A stretch of DNA of 64,000 bases, taken from Candidatus Tayloriibacteriota bacterium. Lineage in GTDB: Bacteria; Patescibacteriota; Minisyncoccia; Phycocordibacterales; PALSA-1337. Every line of letters starts with the position of its first letter. Position 1 is the stretch's first letter. Below, piece after piece: positions 36,701-46,220 of this stretch. Position numbers and translations under genes: made by a program. The notes below the pieces were generated by a model that ran no database searches, was not told the DNA's origin, and saw only the letters and a list, made by a program, of their open reading frames with translations. The DNA lies in assembly GCA_943354385.1 (NCBI GenBank), contig CALRBR010000001.1, forward strand, positions 2,942 through 66,941. The letters are read 5' to 3'.

Positions 36701-39700
36701 AGGGTAAATTATAGGGATGCTCTTTCTACCAGTACGGCGAGTGATCTTGTAGCTGACGGTACTGCCGTGAATACAAATCTCCTTGTTTTTGTGAGTCAGT
36801 CAGTCCCGAGAGACCCACTTAGTCAAAAGAAAATAGGTGATAAGATCTTGGCTAATATTTCTGATGTGTCTCTTCGTGGCCAAGCGGAGGGCGGTACTGA
36901 AAAGTTGGCTATTCGTGCGGTGCTCAAGGCTCTCTTACCAGAGTATAAAAACGCCCTCGTTACTGTTTCTGAAAGTGATCCACTCAAAAAGGAAAAACGT
37001 TACGAGATCTACGTGGCGTATTCCTCGAGAATATCTAGAGCGATTTATGCAATAGAGTATCGTATCCATAATATATCAAAAAATCTTAATACAGATAAGT
37101 CCTTAGAGGACACGGTGGTGGGATGGTATGGTATAGACGGTACTGATCTTTCAGGCAACACAGAATTCTGGGGTCTATATATACGACCGGGGGCAGTGGC
37201 GTATGCAGATCCAGAAGCTGTCTATGTAGACATGAGTATCATAGATCCATCTGCGGTTGATTTTGCCACAAACGCTTCTTCCTACGATGACCTCAAGAGT
37301 ACTGCAAAGAAAATAGAAAAATGGGACGCGCTCAGCCAGGGTGCGGGTGTCTCATATTCGAATAGTACTCTATCATTGTCATTGTTCAACCTATCCGGCG
37401 GCGACGGTAGATACATCACACTTGATGATATGACAAAAGCTGACCCAACAGTAAATCTTACATTGGATAGGTTTGAGGAGGACATGAAGACTTCGGGGGT
37501 AACACTCTCCACTCTTAGTGAGTCGGCGCTCATAGATAAGATGTATGAATACTTTAATAAACAAAGCTATTTCAGCTATTCGTACGACCTATCACAAGTA
37601 TCACAGACAGTAAATCAAACCTTGGTACGTAAAGGTGGAGATTGTGAAGATTTTGGTCTATTCTTCCTTAGTTTATTGAGGGGTGAATTTGCTAGACTCG
37701 GTAACACATCTATCACAAGCAGACTTGGTTTGGCGTTTGCGAATGTTGATAATAACGCTGCTATTTCGTCGAGTAACCGCGGAGGAGGTCATGCGTCTAT
37801 TGTGTATAGAAGTAATGCAGACAATCAGTACTACTATATTGATGCAAGCTTTATATTTTTGGGATCAGGGGCGGATCCTGCGAGACCTGTACCAGTAGCA
37901 CGTAATCTTGTAAACTCTGCCGGTGCCAGTACCGCAGGTGTATTGGGTCAGGGTGGCTGGTATGTAAAGGTTGCTGACTTCTTCCCAATAAACGGCCCAC
38001 TTGTCCCTTTTAATTCAGGACGTATTAGTACTTTCCACGATAACACCAGCCAGACTAATTCCGTAGATACCATTGTCGCCCAAGTTTCAAATATCTACAC
38101 CAAACTAGAACCATACAATCCGCTAGTCACCACACTTGCTTCGAGTACAGTCCAGACTATTCCTAACTTCAAAAATCAGTCAGCGGAGTTTGTGGTAGAA
38201 AGTACGCACAGCTTCTTTAATAAACTGAAAGATTACAGAGCCGATCAGGGAGCAGATATCTGGAGTGGTGTAGGTCAGACATTGCCAGCGGTTATAAAAG
38301 CAGACGGCACAGTCAATCTCGCTGGGAAGATTTCTGGCGACTGTGAGGACCTGGCTTTTGCTGAAGCGAGCCTCCTTGAAAATGTGCTTCTACGATATTA
38401 CCTTGCTGGTGGTGCCGTGCCACAAAATGCCGCCAATCAGGCAAAAAGTAATGTCATAATACTCGCTGAAAAGAATTACGGCTCATCGACAGGTCCCTCA
38501 CATCTCTATGTCGGCTATGTGACCCCTAAGACAGATACTTCTCCAGCTGTTGTCCGTCTCATTGATCCACAGCTCGGCACTATCGGCGCACCTCAGCTCA
38601 TGAGCGATTTGTATAACGACAAGTATCTATTCTTTTCTGACCGGGAAAAGGTGAGTGCGATTACTCCATACGATTGGAGTGCACTCAATTTTTCTTCTGC
38701 TGTAGCTGCCGCTGCTGCAAATGGTATCGTGTTAAATCCTGGTCCGGTAGATCCAAAGGCTCCGGTAAAGCAGAATCTCACCCCTAATCAACAGGAAGCG
38801 ATCATTAATGCGATAGTCACTGCAGACCCACCAAAGCCAAGTGCATTCAGTACATTTATTAGTTTTGTGTACGAAAAATCCGGACTAAAATCGATACTAG
38901 AGGCGAGTACTATTACAGAAACTTTTGTCCGAGCAGCAGCAACTTTGGCAGTGATGATAGGTGGTGGACCAGTAGGGACAGTAGTCACAGCATCTGGCAC
39001 TATTATTAATACAGCCTCAGGGTCACCAGCAGATAAGCCTATCATTCCTAGCGTAGGTGATGCAGCGGTTTCTGTTATAAATACTGCAGGGCGAGTCGTG
39101 GCGAGTGTTTTCGGTATCTTTACGGCACCAGGTGGACCATCTGATATGTCTGACGCACGAATGAACGCTGAGGCAGCTTTTGCTGCTGGGAGAATCAGTC
39201 CAGCTGGACCAATGAATTTCGGTTCCGGTGCTGGAGATGTAGGTTGCTCCGCGGCTTCATGCGGTACTGTTTTTGTCCAAAGAAATAATACTACAAATGT
39301 GGTATCTGCGATTGGCTATGGTGAAACATCTCGTACTAATCAGACTAGGTCGTATAACGAGTCTACTAATGTGATGACCATTACTACCAATACCACGATT
39401 GTACTACCTCTGTCGCCATATTTTCAGTCGCCAACAGCCCGTCTTATACCGCCAAAACCTACATGCCCCCTAGGCACCCAACTTTGTTCCGAGGTAACCA
39501 ATGAGATAGTTAGAGCTCCAGCAAACGCCACTCTTTCCGGTCCTCTGGCTACCTGCTATGTTTCTGGTGAAGCACCGTCTTGTCAGACGCGTCAGTACAA
39601 TACACAGTGGTCGTGCAATAACTCACTTTTGTATAAAAAAGATGCTACAGGTACAGGCTGTATCTGTGATGATCCAACAGCAACTGGTGTTAGTCCAGCG

Positions 39701-40576
39701 GGTGAGTGTCAGTACGGCGCGACGATATCCTGTGTGGGGGGTATTGATCCAAACGCCATACCGTCACCAGTAGGTGTTGGTGCGAAAGGGGTCAGTTCAT
39801 TCCCTGCTCCAGCTGGCCGAATTTCTTCTCCGCTAGCGTGGACACTTTCTAGTACAGCTGTTGCGGACGGTAATACCGAATGTAAATGGTCGTGTGGTAC
39901 CGGGTTTACTTTTGACGCTGGATTTTGTAAATCGAGTCAAGTATTTTCTTGCACGGATCCTGTCGGAGTTACACCGATGAATAGTCCAAAGATGACTTTG
40001 TGTCCAGAAGATCAGAGAGATCTTTCTTCAGACACACAAGGTGTAATTGTCACTAGCTGTACCATCCCTAAAAAATGTGAGTATACATGCAATCTTCCTA
40101 CGTATACACGTTCCTCGACACCACCATTTTCTTGTGTTTGCTCGATAGGGACAAACCCTGATGGATCGTGTACACTGCCCACCGTGACTTCTTCTAACGT
40201 GAGTATCTTTGCTACCCCTGGAACAAAAGTTACTGGTAATATTGTAACTCAATATCTGGATACTAATAAATCAACCGCTATTAATAAAAAGATTACCGTA
40301 AAAAAGAACCAGGAGTTTAAATTGAATTGGGAGCATACTACACCAAGCGCCTCAGGTAAATGTACGCCAACATTTACCAGTCCTATTACTGGCACTGGTG
40401 CGGAAGCACTATGGAAAGAAGTCCTACCTACTGGAGTGAATGGTTCAAAGGAGGGTTTGAAACTAGATAAAACCGGCCAGTATATCTTTGGAGTTTCTTG
40501 TGATTCAGGAGGTATAACTTCTGCAGATTCCGTAACTGTACAAGTAGCACCATCCGGTTCATTTGAAGAATTTTAA
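33746..40576 (+). CDS. giant secreted multidomain protein: signal peptide, 2x LamG-like (Laminin_G_3-type), YD/RHS repeats, 2x transglutaminase-like cysteine-protease cores, Cys-rich region, C-terminal beta domain
   Basis: Signal peptide MRLAKLFFASILFIFGSLFFVSTASA. Two ~230-aa units ending in LDELRVTKGTALWG (LamG-type). FEYDTDGQIAREIYYG and FTYDGAGRLASE YD repeats. GGDCEDFG...GGGHASIVYRS...YYIDAS and GDCEDLAFAEASLL...HLYVGY...IDPQ (transglutaminase-like Cys/His/Asp cores). More than 30 Cys between nt 39470 and 40190. Confidence 0.85.
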   Translation: MRLAKLFFASILFIFGSLFFVSTASAQSFQNPLLFVPFELDYVDYSSNKLYSNWFTGGAPADIDTSIKKFGSASGHFPATGIDREMLYKSPNFDFSNQDFTIDFWWYPTTQSVGFFNKPLLSFWDLNGSGGINNVKWALIYFSEYDFFAVVDYNKGVILRSIDSGGLLNFNQWNHISVQWKQGTGGTDGGSGLGISINGKMRSSNSFYNNGMIPSGVGAMVVGDSGSSWPRVDYYLDELRVTKGTALWGSVANQNGSFTTPSINDYPKIENKTAESVISTTATPMVQGTIPLLLAHFDNNYYDNSINNIYSNWFIGGGPSEIDSAIKKFGIGSGHFSATGIDKENLYQDPRLDLASGDFTVDFWWRPTGDLTSFNKILLSFWGLDANSLIKDRKWYLKYDGSGANPGFEVVNDQGRMLRWMGSDSLLKVNEWNHISLQKKQGSGGSDGGSGLGLSINGYMRPSNSFYNYGTLPGGVGAMVLGYKDTSFPRVDYYIDELRVTKGTALWGNVSNQNGYFAPPTKGDYSNLVVDQNKVTTPVAGHIDTHTVSLGNTTDTTESNVAYSACPPGSTRPSTREEYLIKLDGTPKFTSYLDINNKLICTTYWAGNATTTTSSKLKRFEYDTDGQIAREIYYGLDGASITDVVTYFSKSAGGARQKEIQNRSGTEYYKRYSTTGRLLYEHEYKNSQYVVSRNFTYDGAGRLASELIFNSSVQYEKVVYIRNGSGVVTQTDSYRAYAPIGTDTANYVHTTSTYAGTVVTGITRTYFNKDAGSPTALRTEIARYNTSGVAIDQRTFDYAQNKQKLSTYITTGTASLLGRLKTDEEWSTVDYSYASSSLAYNTTTGELLSWTKTNYDDMSAQGAKAGYYGKKYTVYNPKTGLPKTEDFIDYYLPSLNWKQSNSVKYDEKGLVDARRVHQYRDSAAARFNYISTVYSKDGLINAISKYDDVTGNVLSNETYYGNGEPWYLQKYKYNTAAGQYEVSSFRVNYRDALSTSTASDLVADGTAVNTNLLVFVSQSVPRDPLSQKKIGDKILANISDVSLRGQAEGGTEKLAIRAVLKALLPEYKNALVTVSESDPLKKEKRYEIYVAYSSRISRAIYAIEYRIHNISKNLNTDKSLEDTVVGWYGIDGTDLSGNTEFWGLYIRPGAVAYADPEAVYVDMSIIDPSAVDFATNASSYDDLKSTAKKIEKWDALSQGAGVSYSNSTLSLSLFNLSGGDGRYITLDDMTKADPTVNLTLDRFEEDMKTSGVTLSTLSESALIDKMYEYFNKQSYFSYSYDLSQVSQTVNQTLVRKGGDCEDFGLFFLSLLRGEFARLGNTSITSRLGLAFANVDNNAAISSSNRGGGHASIVYRSNADNQYYYIDASFIFLGSGADPARPVPVARNLVNSAGASTAGVLGQGGWYVKVADFFPINGPLVPFNSGRISTFHDNTSQTNSVDTIVAQVSNIYTKLEPYNPLVTTLASSTVQTIPNFKNQSAEFVVESTHSFFNKLKDYRADQGADIWSGVGQTLPAVIKADGTVNLAGKISGDCEDLAFAEASLLENVLLRYYLAGGAVPQNAANQAKSNVIILAEKNYGSSTGPSHLYVGYVTPKTDTSPAVVRLIDPQLGTIGAPQLMSDLYNDKYLFFSDREKVSAITPYDWSALNFSSAVAAAAANGIVLNPGPVDPKAPVKQNLTPNQQEAIINAIVTADPPKPSAFSTFISFVYEKSGLKSILEASTITETFVRAAATLAVMIGGGPVGTVVTASGTIINTASGSPADKPIIPSVGDAAVSVINTAGRVVASVFGIFTAPGGPSDMSDARMNAEAAFAAGRISPAGPMNFGSGAGDVGCSAASCGTVFVQRNNTTNVVSAIGYGETSRTNQTRSYNESTNVMTITTNTTIVLPLSPYFQSPTARLIPPKPTCPLGTQLCSEVTNEIVRAPANATLSGPLATCYVSGEAPSCQTRQYNTQWSCNNSLLYKKDATGTGCICDDPTATGVSPAGECQYGATISCVGGIDPNAIPSPVGVGAKGVSSFPAPAGRISSPLAWTLSSTAVADGNTECKWSCGTGFTFDAGFCKSSQVFSCTDPVGVTPMNSPKMTLCPEDQRDLSSDTQGVIVTSCTIPKKCEYTCNLPTYTRSSTPPFSCVCSIGTNPDGSCTLPTVTSSNVSIFATPGTKVTGNIVTQYLDTNKSTAINKKITVKKNQEFKLNWEHTTPSASGKCTPTFTSPITGTGAEALWKEVLPTGVNGSKEGLKLDKTGQYIFGVSCDSGGITSADSVTVQVAPSGSFEEF

Positions 40577-40584
40577 ATAAAATT

Positions 40585-40959
40585 ATGAAACAATCACCAA
40601 AAATTATTGTAGGAAGCATCATTACACTACTTGTTCTTATTATTATTGCCTGTATTATTTATTACTTTTTTCTTTTGAAACCAGATCCAGTACTACTCCA
40701 TCAGCCAGAATTTCGCCTATCAGAAGAGGTAGAAAAAGAAATAGAGAACACAGTGGCACAGATTGAGGTAATAGAAGATACGCAAGAAAAAACTGTTGCG
40801 GAGCAGGAACAACAACTTCAGCAAAATAGACAGGCTGTAAAAACTATTAATACAAAACAGTTTGTCGAACAGCAGAGAAGGGTAGAGCAGACGCAACAGG
40901 CTATGGATCGACAGGAAGCCGTACTGCCTGGTGGTCGTTTCGACTTTAACCCAAAGTAG
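40585..40959 (+). CDS. hypothetical TM plus Gln-rich coiled-coil protein (downstream partner, 9 nt after the giant gene stop)
   Basis: 124 aa. TM helix IIVGSIITLLVLIIIACIIYYFFLL, then EQEQQLQQNRQ coiled-coil. Confidence 0.5.
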   Translation: MKQSPKIIVGSIITLLVLIIIACIIYYFFLLKPDPVLLHQPEFRLSEEVEKEIENTVAQIEVIEDTQEKTVAEQEQQLQQNRQAVKTINTKQFVEQQRRVEQTQQAMDRQEAVLPGGRFDFNPK

Positions 40960-40962
40960 ATA

Positions 40963-41140
40963 AAATCCCTCGACCTGCTGGTCTGCTCCCTTTAAAAAAG
41001 GGAGAATGGATGCAGACCCCTTCATTCTTTGATAAGGTGGGCCGTCTACAGATGTCGATCAGCGAATGATCGACTTGTTTGCGTATCATTCTCCCTTTTT
41101 TAAAGGGAGCACCGCCAGTAATCTGGCGTGGAAGGATTTC
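40963..41140. repeat. modular hairpin repeat cluster R3
   Basis: aaaatccctcgacc, ctccctttaaaaaagggagaatgg, gccgtctacagatgtcgatcagcgaatgatcgac (inverted module), cattctcccttttttaaagggagcaccgcc. Confidence 0.75.
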
Positions 41141-41254
41141 GTCTTTTCTATACCTAAAGAGAAATACTTAAAATCTTTGACATTTATGTTTAATGGGTGT
41201 ATAATAGGGTTTGAAGTATAGGAATGGTTTCTATACGCACTCTTACATGTTTTT

Positions 41255-41665
41255 ATGAAAATAATGTTCTCGGCACTTGTTGCCACGGTCATGATCGGCC
41301 TCGGCACCGGCTGTGTTACAGCTGATCGCACCTCTTTGGTCGGTCTCCCAGTCCACACCACTCCTGTTGGCTCTACGGTTAAGACCAACGGAGTCGCTGT
41401 TGGAGTCACTCCGGTTACTATCACCTTGCCTAGAATGGCAGGGAAGAAAGGGAACGAAGTCGCGGTCACGGTGATCCTCGAAGGTTACCAGACACAGGAC
41501 TTCGTCATGCGGTCCCGCATATCCTGGGAGGGTTTCTTTTTCCTCCTTCAACGCTTCCCAGTCACACTTATTTTCGGGAAGTCAGCCTCCGAGCCAGGGT
41601 CAGCACTTGACCTGGTCCCTAGGCAAATAGACACAGTGCTTATCCCACTTCGTCCCGCAGATTAA
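41255..41665 (+). CDS. PEGA-domain lipoprotein
   Basis: Lipobox LGTGC. VHTTPVGSTVKTNGVAVGVTPVTITLP...VAVTVILEGYQ fits the PEGA consensus. Confidence 0.6.
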   Translation: MKIMFSALVATVMIGLGTGCVTADRTSLVGLPVHTTPVGSTVKTNGVAVGVTPVTITLPRMAGKKGNEVAVTVILEGYQTQDFVMRSRISWEGFFFLLQRFPVTLIFGKSASEPGSALDLVPRQIDTVLIPLRPAD

Positions 41666-41696
41666 GCTCGGTGAGAGGCTCATATCTCACCAAACT

Positions 41697-41728
41697 CCCG
41701 CGTACCCCAAGGTCGCGGGTTTTGTTTT
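41697..41728 (+). terminator. rho-independent terminator
   Basis: cccgcg-taccccaaggt-cgcggg followed by TTTTGTTTT. Confidence 0.7.
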
Positions 41729-41859
41729 ATCAATTTATGTATACATATACTTAAGACACAGGGCGCTATATGAATAGCTTGCCCAGTAAATAGACGCGCA
41801 CCTCGAGTGAGCGCCGCATTTTTAATTCTAAATATTTTTAACATAACACCTGCACCTAG

Positions 41860-41903
41860 TTCTTCTACATTAATATTGCGACCGCAATATTAATGTAGAA
41901 GAG
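41860..41903. repeat. 44-bp palindrome IR-L (21-bp arms, centre AC) immediately 3' of the PaaX-like gene
   Basis: ttcttctacattaatattgcg ac cgcaatattaatgtagaagagg. It is the reverse complement of the copy at 42589-42634. Confidence 0.9.
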
Positions 41904-41911
41904 GCGTGTAG

Positions 41912-42502
41912 TTAATTTTTTAAATTAAAATACTTACAAATCATCTTGTCACCCTCGAGTTGATCGACTATCATATAGAGAACATCTTTGCCGATACGCA
42001 AATCTGCCTTCAAAAGAGACACGAGTTTTTCGCACGGATATGGGTATATCCAGACGCTGTTCTGAAGTTTTATAAAGCCGATTGACATTAATGTTGATCG
42101 AAGTTTTTCCCGAATAAACTTCTTTCTTTCTGGAATATCGAAAATAATCACACGCCACTTCTTATCCCACCTTGGCGGATGGTTATTTTGTTTTGAAAAA
42201 AGAATTGCTCGGTCGAGCATCTTTTTGCCCCTTTCTGTGAGTTGAAGTACCTTGCCATGAACTGTGACCTCAACTTTCAGGAAGCCATTTTTGATAAGAT
42301 TATCTTTCGTTCTCAGTATACTTTTGTGTTTGTAATTATAGGCTTTCCTGTCTCCAGAACCGATCTTCAATAATTTTAAGGCATTTGGAGCAAGAAGTCC
42401 GAGTGCAAGTATTCCGGTGGCAGATACAGTTCCAAGTATTATCTGTTGGAGTTTTGTTGTTCGTATCTTGTTCCTCTCCCGTTTTTCTAGTAAGTTGTTC
42501 AT
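41912..42502 (-). CDS. membrane-anchored wHTH plus Cas2-fold (PaaX-family-like) putative regulator
   Basis: N-terminal hydrophobic helix. wHTH-like LIKNGFLKVEVTVHGKVLQLTERGKKML. C-terminal VIIFDIPERKKFIREKLRSTLMSIGFIKLQNSVWIYPYP resembles the Cas2/PaaX C-domain (VxxYDI...RR...L...G.R.Q.SV). Confidence 0.45.
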   Translation of the reverse strand: MNNLLEKRERNKIRTTKLQQIILGTVSATGILALGLLAPNALKLLKIGSGDRKAYNYKHKSILRTKDNLIKNGFLKVEVTVHGKVLQLTERGKKMLDRAILFSKQNNHPPRWDKKWRVIIFDIPERKKFIREKLRSTLMSIGFIKLQNSVWIYPYPCEKLVSLLKADLRIGKDVLYMIVDQLEGDKMICKYFNLKN

Positions 42503-42588
42503 TTTTGTATATAATTTTTCAGCTAAGACATCTTATGTACATATGTGCATATAAATGTTGCTGATACTAATACATAAAGTATATCATA

Positions 42589-42634
42589 CCTCTTCTACAT
42601 TAATATTGCGGTCGCAATATTAATGTAGAAGAGG
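42589..42634. repeat. 46-bp palindrome IR-R (22-bp arms, centre GT), 87 nt upstream of the PaaX-like gene start
   Basis: cctcttctacattaatattgcg gt cgcaatattaatgtagaagagg. Confidence 0.9.
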
Positions 42635-42734
42635 TAATTTTTAATTTTGTCGGACTAGAAGAGGGACGAGAAGAGTTTTGGATCCCATATTACTCTTGTA
42701 ATACGGGTGTTATTTTGCTATAATGGGTGATACT

Positions 42735-45227
42735 ATGGCTAAAGAAAAAGACGAGAAAGCAGTTCCCGAAATCAATCCAAAATTTGTACCCACTCGAGGA
42801 GTAATCGACCGAAACATCACGACCGAAATGCGTGAGTCATACCTAGACTACGCGATGTCCGTGATCACTTCTCGTGCACTTCCAGATGTTCGTGACGGTC
42901 TTAAACCTGTACATCGACGCATTCTTTTTGCGATGAATGAAATGGGTCTCACCTCGTCTTCTCGTTTTAGGAAATCAGCGACAGTTGTAGGAGAGGTGCT
43001 CGGTAAGTATCATCCACACGGCGATGTGGCTGTGTATGAGTCCATGGTAAAAATGGCTCAGACTTTTTCATTCAGGTACCCGCTTATTCTCGGTCAGGGA
43101 AATTTCGGCTCAATCGATGGAGATGGTGCCGCAGCCCATCGATATACCGAGGCAAAAATGTCTCGCCTTTCGAGTGAGCTTTTAAAGGACATAGACAAAG
43201 ATACAGTAGATTTTCGACCCAACTATGACAATACCAAAAAAGAGCCGACCGTACTTCCTTCGGCTGTGCCAGCACTTCTTTTAAACGGTACTCTCGGTAT
43301 TGCTGTCGGTATGGCGACCAACATCCCTCCACACAATCTAAGGGAAGTGGTGGATGCGACCGTACACCTCATCGAGAACAAAGAAGCAACCACTGATGAC
43401 CTCCTTCAGTTCATCAAAGGCCCAGACTTTCCAACTGGCGCTATTATTTACGGAGAAAAAGATATTCATCATGCTTACTCTACTGGACGCGGAGGTATTG
43501 TGGTGCGTGGCGAAGCTGAAATTATTGAAGACAAAAAAGAGAATTTTCAAATCGTCATTACCTCCATTCCATATCGCGTCAACAAGGCCGAGCTTATTAT
43601 GCGCATCGCAGACTTGGTACGAGAAAAAGAAATCGAAGGCATCAAGGGTCTTCGTGATGAGTCCACAAAAGATATTCGCATCGTGATCGATCTAAAAGGT
43701 ACCGCACACCCTCAAAAAGTTCTCAACTTTATTTACAAACATACTCAGCTCGAGGAGAAGTTTCACTTCAATGTGGTGGCTCTTGTCGACGGTGTGCCAA
43801 AAACTCTGTCCCTCAAATCTATTCTTGAGGAGTTCGTATTACATCGACAGATTGTGGTGCGTCGTCGCACTCAATTTGATTTAAATAAAGCAGAAGAGCG
43901 AGAGCATATCCTTCTTGGCCTAAAAAAGGCACTCGATTTTATCGACAGGATTATTAAGATAATCCGTGCTTCAAAAGATGCACCAGAGGCACATGTAAAT
44001 TTGATGAAGGAGTTCAAGTTTTCAGATAAACAGGCTACTGCTATCCTTGAAATGCGTTTACAAAAGCTCGCTGGCCTTGAGCGATTGAAAATAGAGGATG
44101 AGTTGAACGAGGTACAAGCACTGATTGTCGCTCTCAAGGATATACTTGGTAGTGCAAAAAAGATTTTGAGCATTATTAAAGACGAGCTCAAAGAAATTGC
44201 TGATAAATATGGGGACGATCGACGTACCAAGGTTATAAAAAGAGCAGTACAAGAAATGTCAGATGAGGACCTTATTCCTGATGTTGACTCAGTACTTGTT
44301 TTGACCTCAGGTGGATATATCAAGCGCACCGCTCCAGAGGAGTATCGCAGACAAAAAAGAGGTGGTGTTGGTGTGGTAGACCTTGATACCAAGGAGGAGG
44401 ATTTTATTACACATATTATCAATACAAATACCCACGCTGATCTTCTTTTCTTTACAGACAAAGGTAAAGCGTATCAGATAAAGATGCACGAGATTCCTGA
44501 AGGAAAGCGTGCCACAAAAGGGAAGTCAGTGGTCAACTTTATTCAGATTGCGGAAGATGAGCGAGTCACCTCTATTTTACCAATGTCAAAAGAGGTAAAA
44601 AAGAGTAGCCTCAGTCTTTTTATGGTGACTAAAAACGGCGTAGGTAAAAAGTTGAAAGCAGAATCATTCCATGATGTGCGTCGAAGTGGGCTCATCGCTA
44701 TTGGTCTCGATGCTGGTGACAGTCTGGTGTCAGTTCGATTTGTAGAAAAGGGAGATGATATGGTGCTTGCGTCTAGCGAAGGTCAGTCTATTCGATTTAA
44801 AGAATCCGATGTGCGAGAAATGGGCCGTACTGCCATGGGTGTGATCGCAATGCGTCTCGAAAAGGGTGATACGGTGATCGGTGCTGATGTGGTCAGAAAA
44901 AACATGAAAAATCCTGCGCTTCTCGTAATCATGTCAAATGGTTATGGCAAGCAGACTGAGCTTTCAGAATACAAAACACAAAAGCGCGGAGGTTCGGGTA
45001 TTCTTACCGCAAAGATTACAGATAAAACAGGGAAGGTGATTACCTCAAGTGTGGTAGAAGGCGACGTACCAGAAGAAGAGTCTGCTGAGCTTGTGGCTAT
45101 TTCAAAAAAGAGTCAGGTGATCCGATGTACAATTAAAGAAATACCGGTGCTCGGAAGACAGACTCAGGGGGTACGTATCATGAGACTGAGAGATGGAGAC
45201 TCTTTGGCTAGCGCCGTGTGCCTCTAG
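42735..45227 (+). CDS. gyrA: DNA gyrase subunit A
   Basis: [34 protein letters not shown] is near-identical to the GyrA N-terminal signature. The active-site Tyr is in context. The start is assigned to ATG 42735 (MAKEK), which has a GGGTGA SD-like motif upstream. The alternative start is 42723. Confidence 0.9.
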   Translation: MAKEKDEKAVPEINPKFVPTRGVIDRNITTEMRESYLDYAMSVITSRALPDVRDGLKPVHRRILFAMNEMGLTSSSRFRKSATVVGEVLGKYHPHGDVAVYESMVKMAQTFSFRYPLILGQGNFGSIDGDGAAAHRYTEAKMSRLSSELLKDIDKDTVDFRPNYDNTKKEPTVLPSAVPALLLNGTLGIAVGMATNIPPHNLREVVDATVHLIENKEATTDDLLQFIKGPDFPTGAIIYGEKDIHHAYSTGRGGIVVRGEAEIIEDKKENFQIVITSIPYRVNKAELIMRIADLVREKEIEGIKGLRDESTKDIRIVIDLKGTAHPQKVLNFIYKHTQLEEKFHFNVVALVDGVPKTLSLKSILEEFVLHRQIVVRRRTQFDLNKAEEREHILLGLKKALDFIDRIIKIIRASKDAPEAHVNLMKEFKFSDKQATAILEMRLQKLAGLERLKIEDELNEVQALIVALKDILGSAKKILSIIKDELKEIADKYGDDRRTKVIKRAVQEMSDEDLIPDVDSVLVLTSGGYIKRTAPEEYRRQKRGGVGVVDLDTKEEDFITHIINTNTHADLLFFTDKGKAYQIKMHEIPEGKRATKGKSVVNFIQIAEDERVTSILPMSKEVKKSSLSLFMVTKNGVGKKLKAESFHDVRRSGLIAIGLDAGDSLVSVRFVEKGDDMVLASSEGQSIRFKESDVREMGRTAMGVIAMRLEKGDTVIGADVVRKNMKNPALLVIMSNGYGKQTELSEYKTQKRGGSGILTAKITDKTGKVITSSVVEGDVPEEESAELVAISKKSQVIRCTIKEIPVLGRQTQGVRIMRLRDGDSLASAVCL

Positions 45228-45504
45228 AAGAATGTCCAAAATTAGCTCATCTGCTTTGTCGCCGATTCCGTATTCTTCCGCAATGTCGATTTCGCGAAAT
45301 CGCGTCGCGCACCGTCCACTGAGACGCGACGTACATTTTGGTCGCATTACTCATCAGCTTCGCGCAGCTAATTTAATTTTGGGCATTCTTGATTCCCACC
45401 ATAGAATAAATTAAACGAGACTCCCACGAAATTTGCTAATACAAACTTCGGGAGATTTTCGCTCAAAACACAAAAATAGCCTCACGCAGTGGCCTAGTTT
45501 GGTG

Positions 45505-45626
45505 GAAGGGCTCAACGGTACTGTTGTGCTGATAATGAGTCTTGCTGGAATCGTTATCTTCGTCGTCTCCTCTTCGGGCCTTTTAATTAGAATTCCCCGA
45601 AAATCTGCTGATTTTCGGGGAGACTG
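45505..45626. repeat. GGCTCAACGG plus CCCCGAAAATC-hairpin family copy
   Basis: gggctcaacggtactgttgtgc ... ttccccgaaaatctgctgattttcggggag. Confidence 0.7.
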
Positions 45627-45701
45627 TCCTGTCTTTAGCTTTCCAAACCTATCCCCATTTTTCAGTAGCACTTCGCACGTGACTGCGTTATACTATGATA
45701 T

Positions 45702-46220
45702 ATGTTTTCCAATCCAGAACGGAATATTGAGCAGTTTGACATACAGTCTGGTATGTCCGTCGCTGATTTTGGCGCCGGATCGGGTTTCTATACTATTGCC
45801 TCGGCAAAAGCAGTGGGCGGTGCTGGCAGGGTTTTTGCCGTAGAGGTACAAAAAGAGCTTTTGGAAAAGCTCAAGGCACAGACAAAGCAACTTCATCTCG
45901 GTAATGTAGAAGTAATCTGGGGCGATATCGAAAAAATGGGAGGCACCAGACTTAAAGATTCATCTATAGACCGTGTCATTGCATCAAATGTTCTTTTTCA
46001 GCTTCATGATGCTCAATCATTTTGTAATGAAGTAAAGCGAGTACTAAAACCAGGTGGCAAAGTTCTTTGTATTGATTGGTCAGATACTAGCCCGCTCGGG
46101 CCAAAGTCTCTCGTCACCCCAGACTCAGCAAAAGCACTTTTTCACACTGCAGGATTTACCTACGGTACGTCTATTATCGCTGGCGAGCATCATTATGGAC
46201 TTATTTTTATAAAACAATGA
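45702..46220 (+). CDS. class I SAM-dependent methyltransferase (type 11-like)
   Basis: VADFGAGSGFYTIASAK (motif I) and VLKPGGKVLCIDW (motif III/IV region). Confidence 0.65.
   Translation: MFSNPERNIEQFDIQSGMSVADFGAGSGFYTIASAKAVGGAGRVFAVEVQKELLEKLKAQTKQLHLGNVEVIWGDIEKMGGTRLKDSSIDRVIASNVLFQLHDAQSFCNEVKRVLKPGGKVLCIDWSDTSPLGPKSLVTPDSAKALFHTAGFTYGTSIIAGEHHYGLIFIKQ

Noticed and set aside
41912-42502. Cas2 / CRISPR-associated interpretation of the palindrome-flanked gene
   Set aside because: There is no cas1 and no CRISPR array anywhere in the window. None of the repeat families has the regular repeat-spacer periodicity of a CRISPR array. The protein has an N-terminal wHTH and a membrane anchor, which fits PaaX-like regulators better.
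42689-42724. Sigma70-like promoter TTGTAA-17-TATAAT upstream of gyrA
   Set aside because: The -10 box overlaps the alternative ATG at 42723. The call depends on which start codon is real, so it is not reported as a feature.
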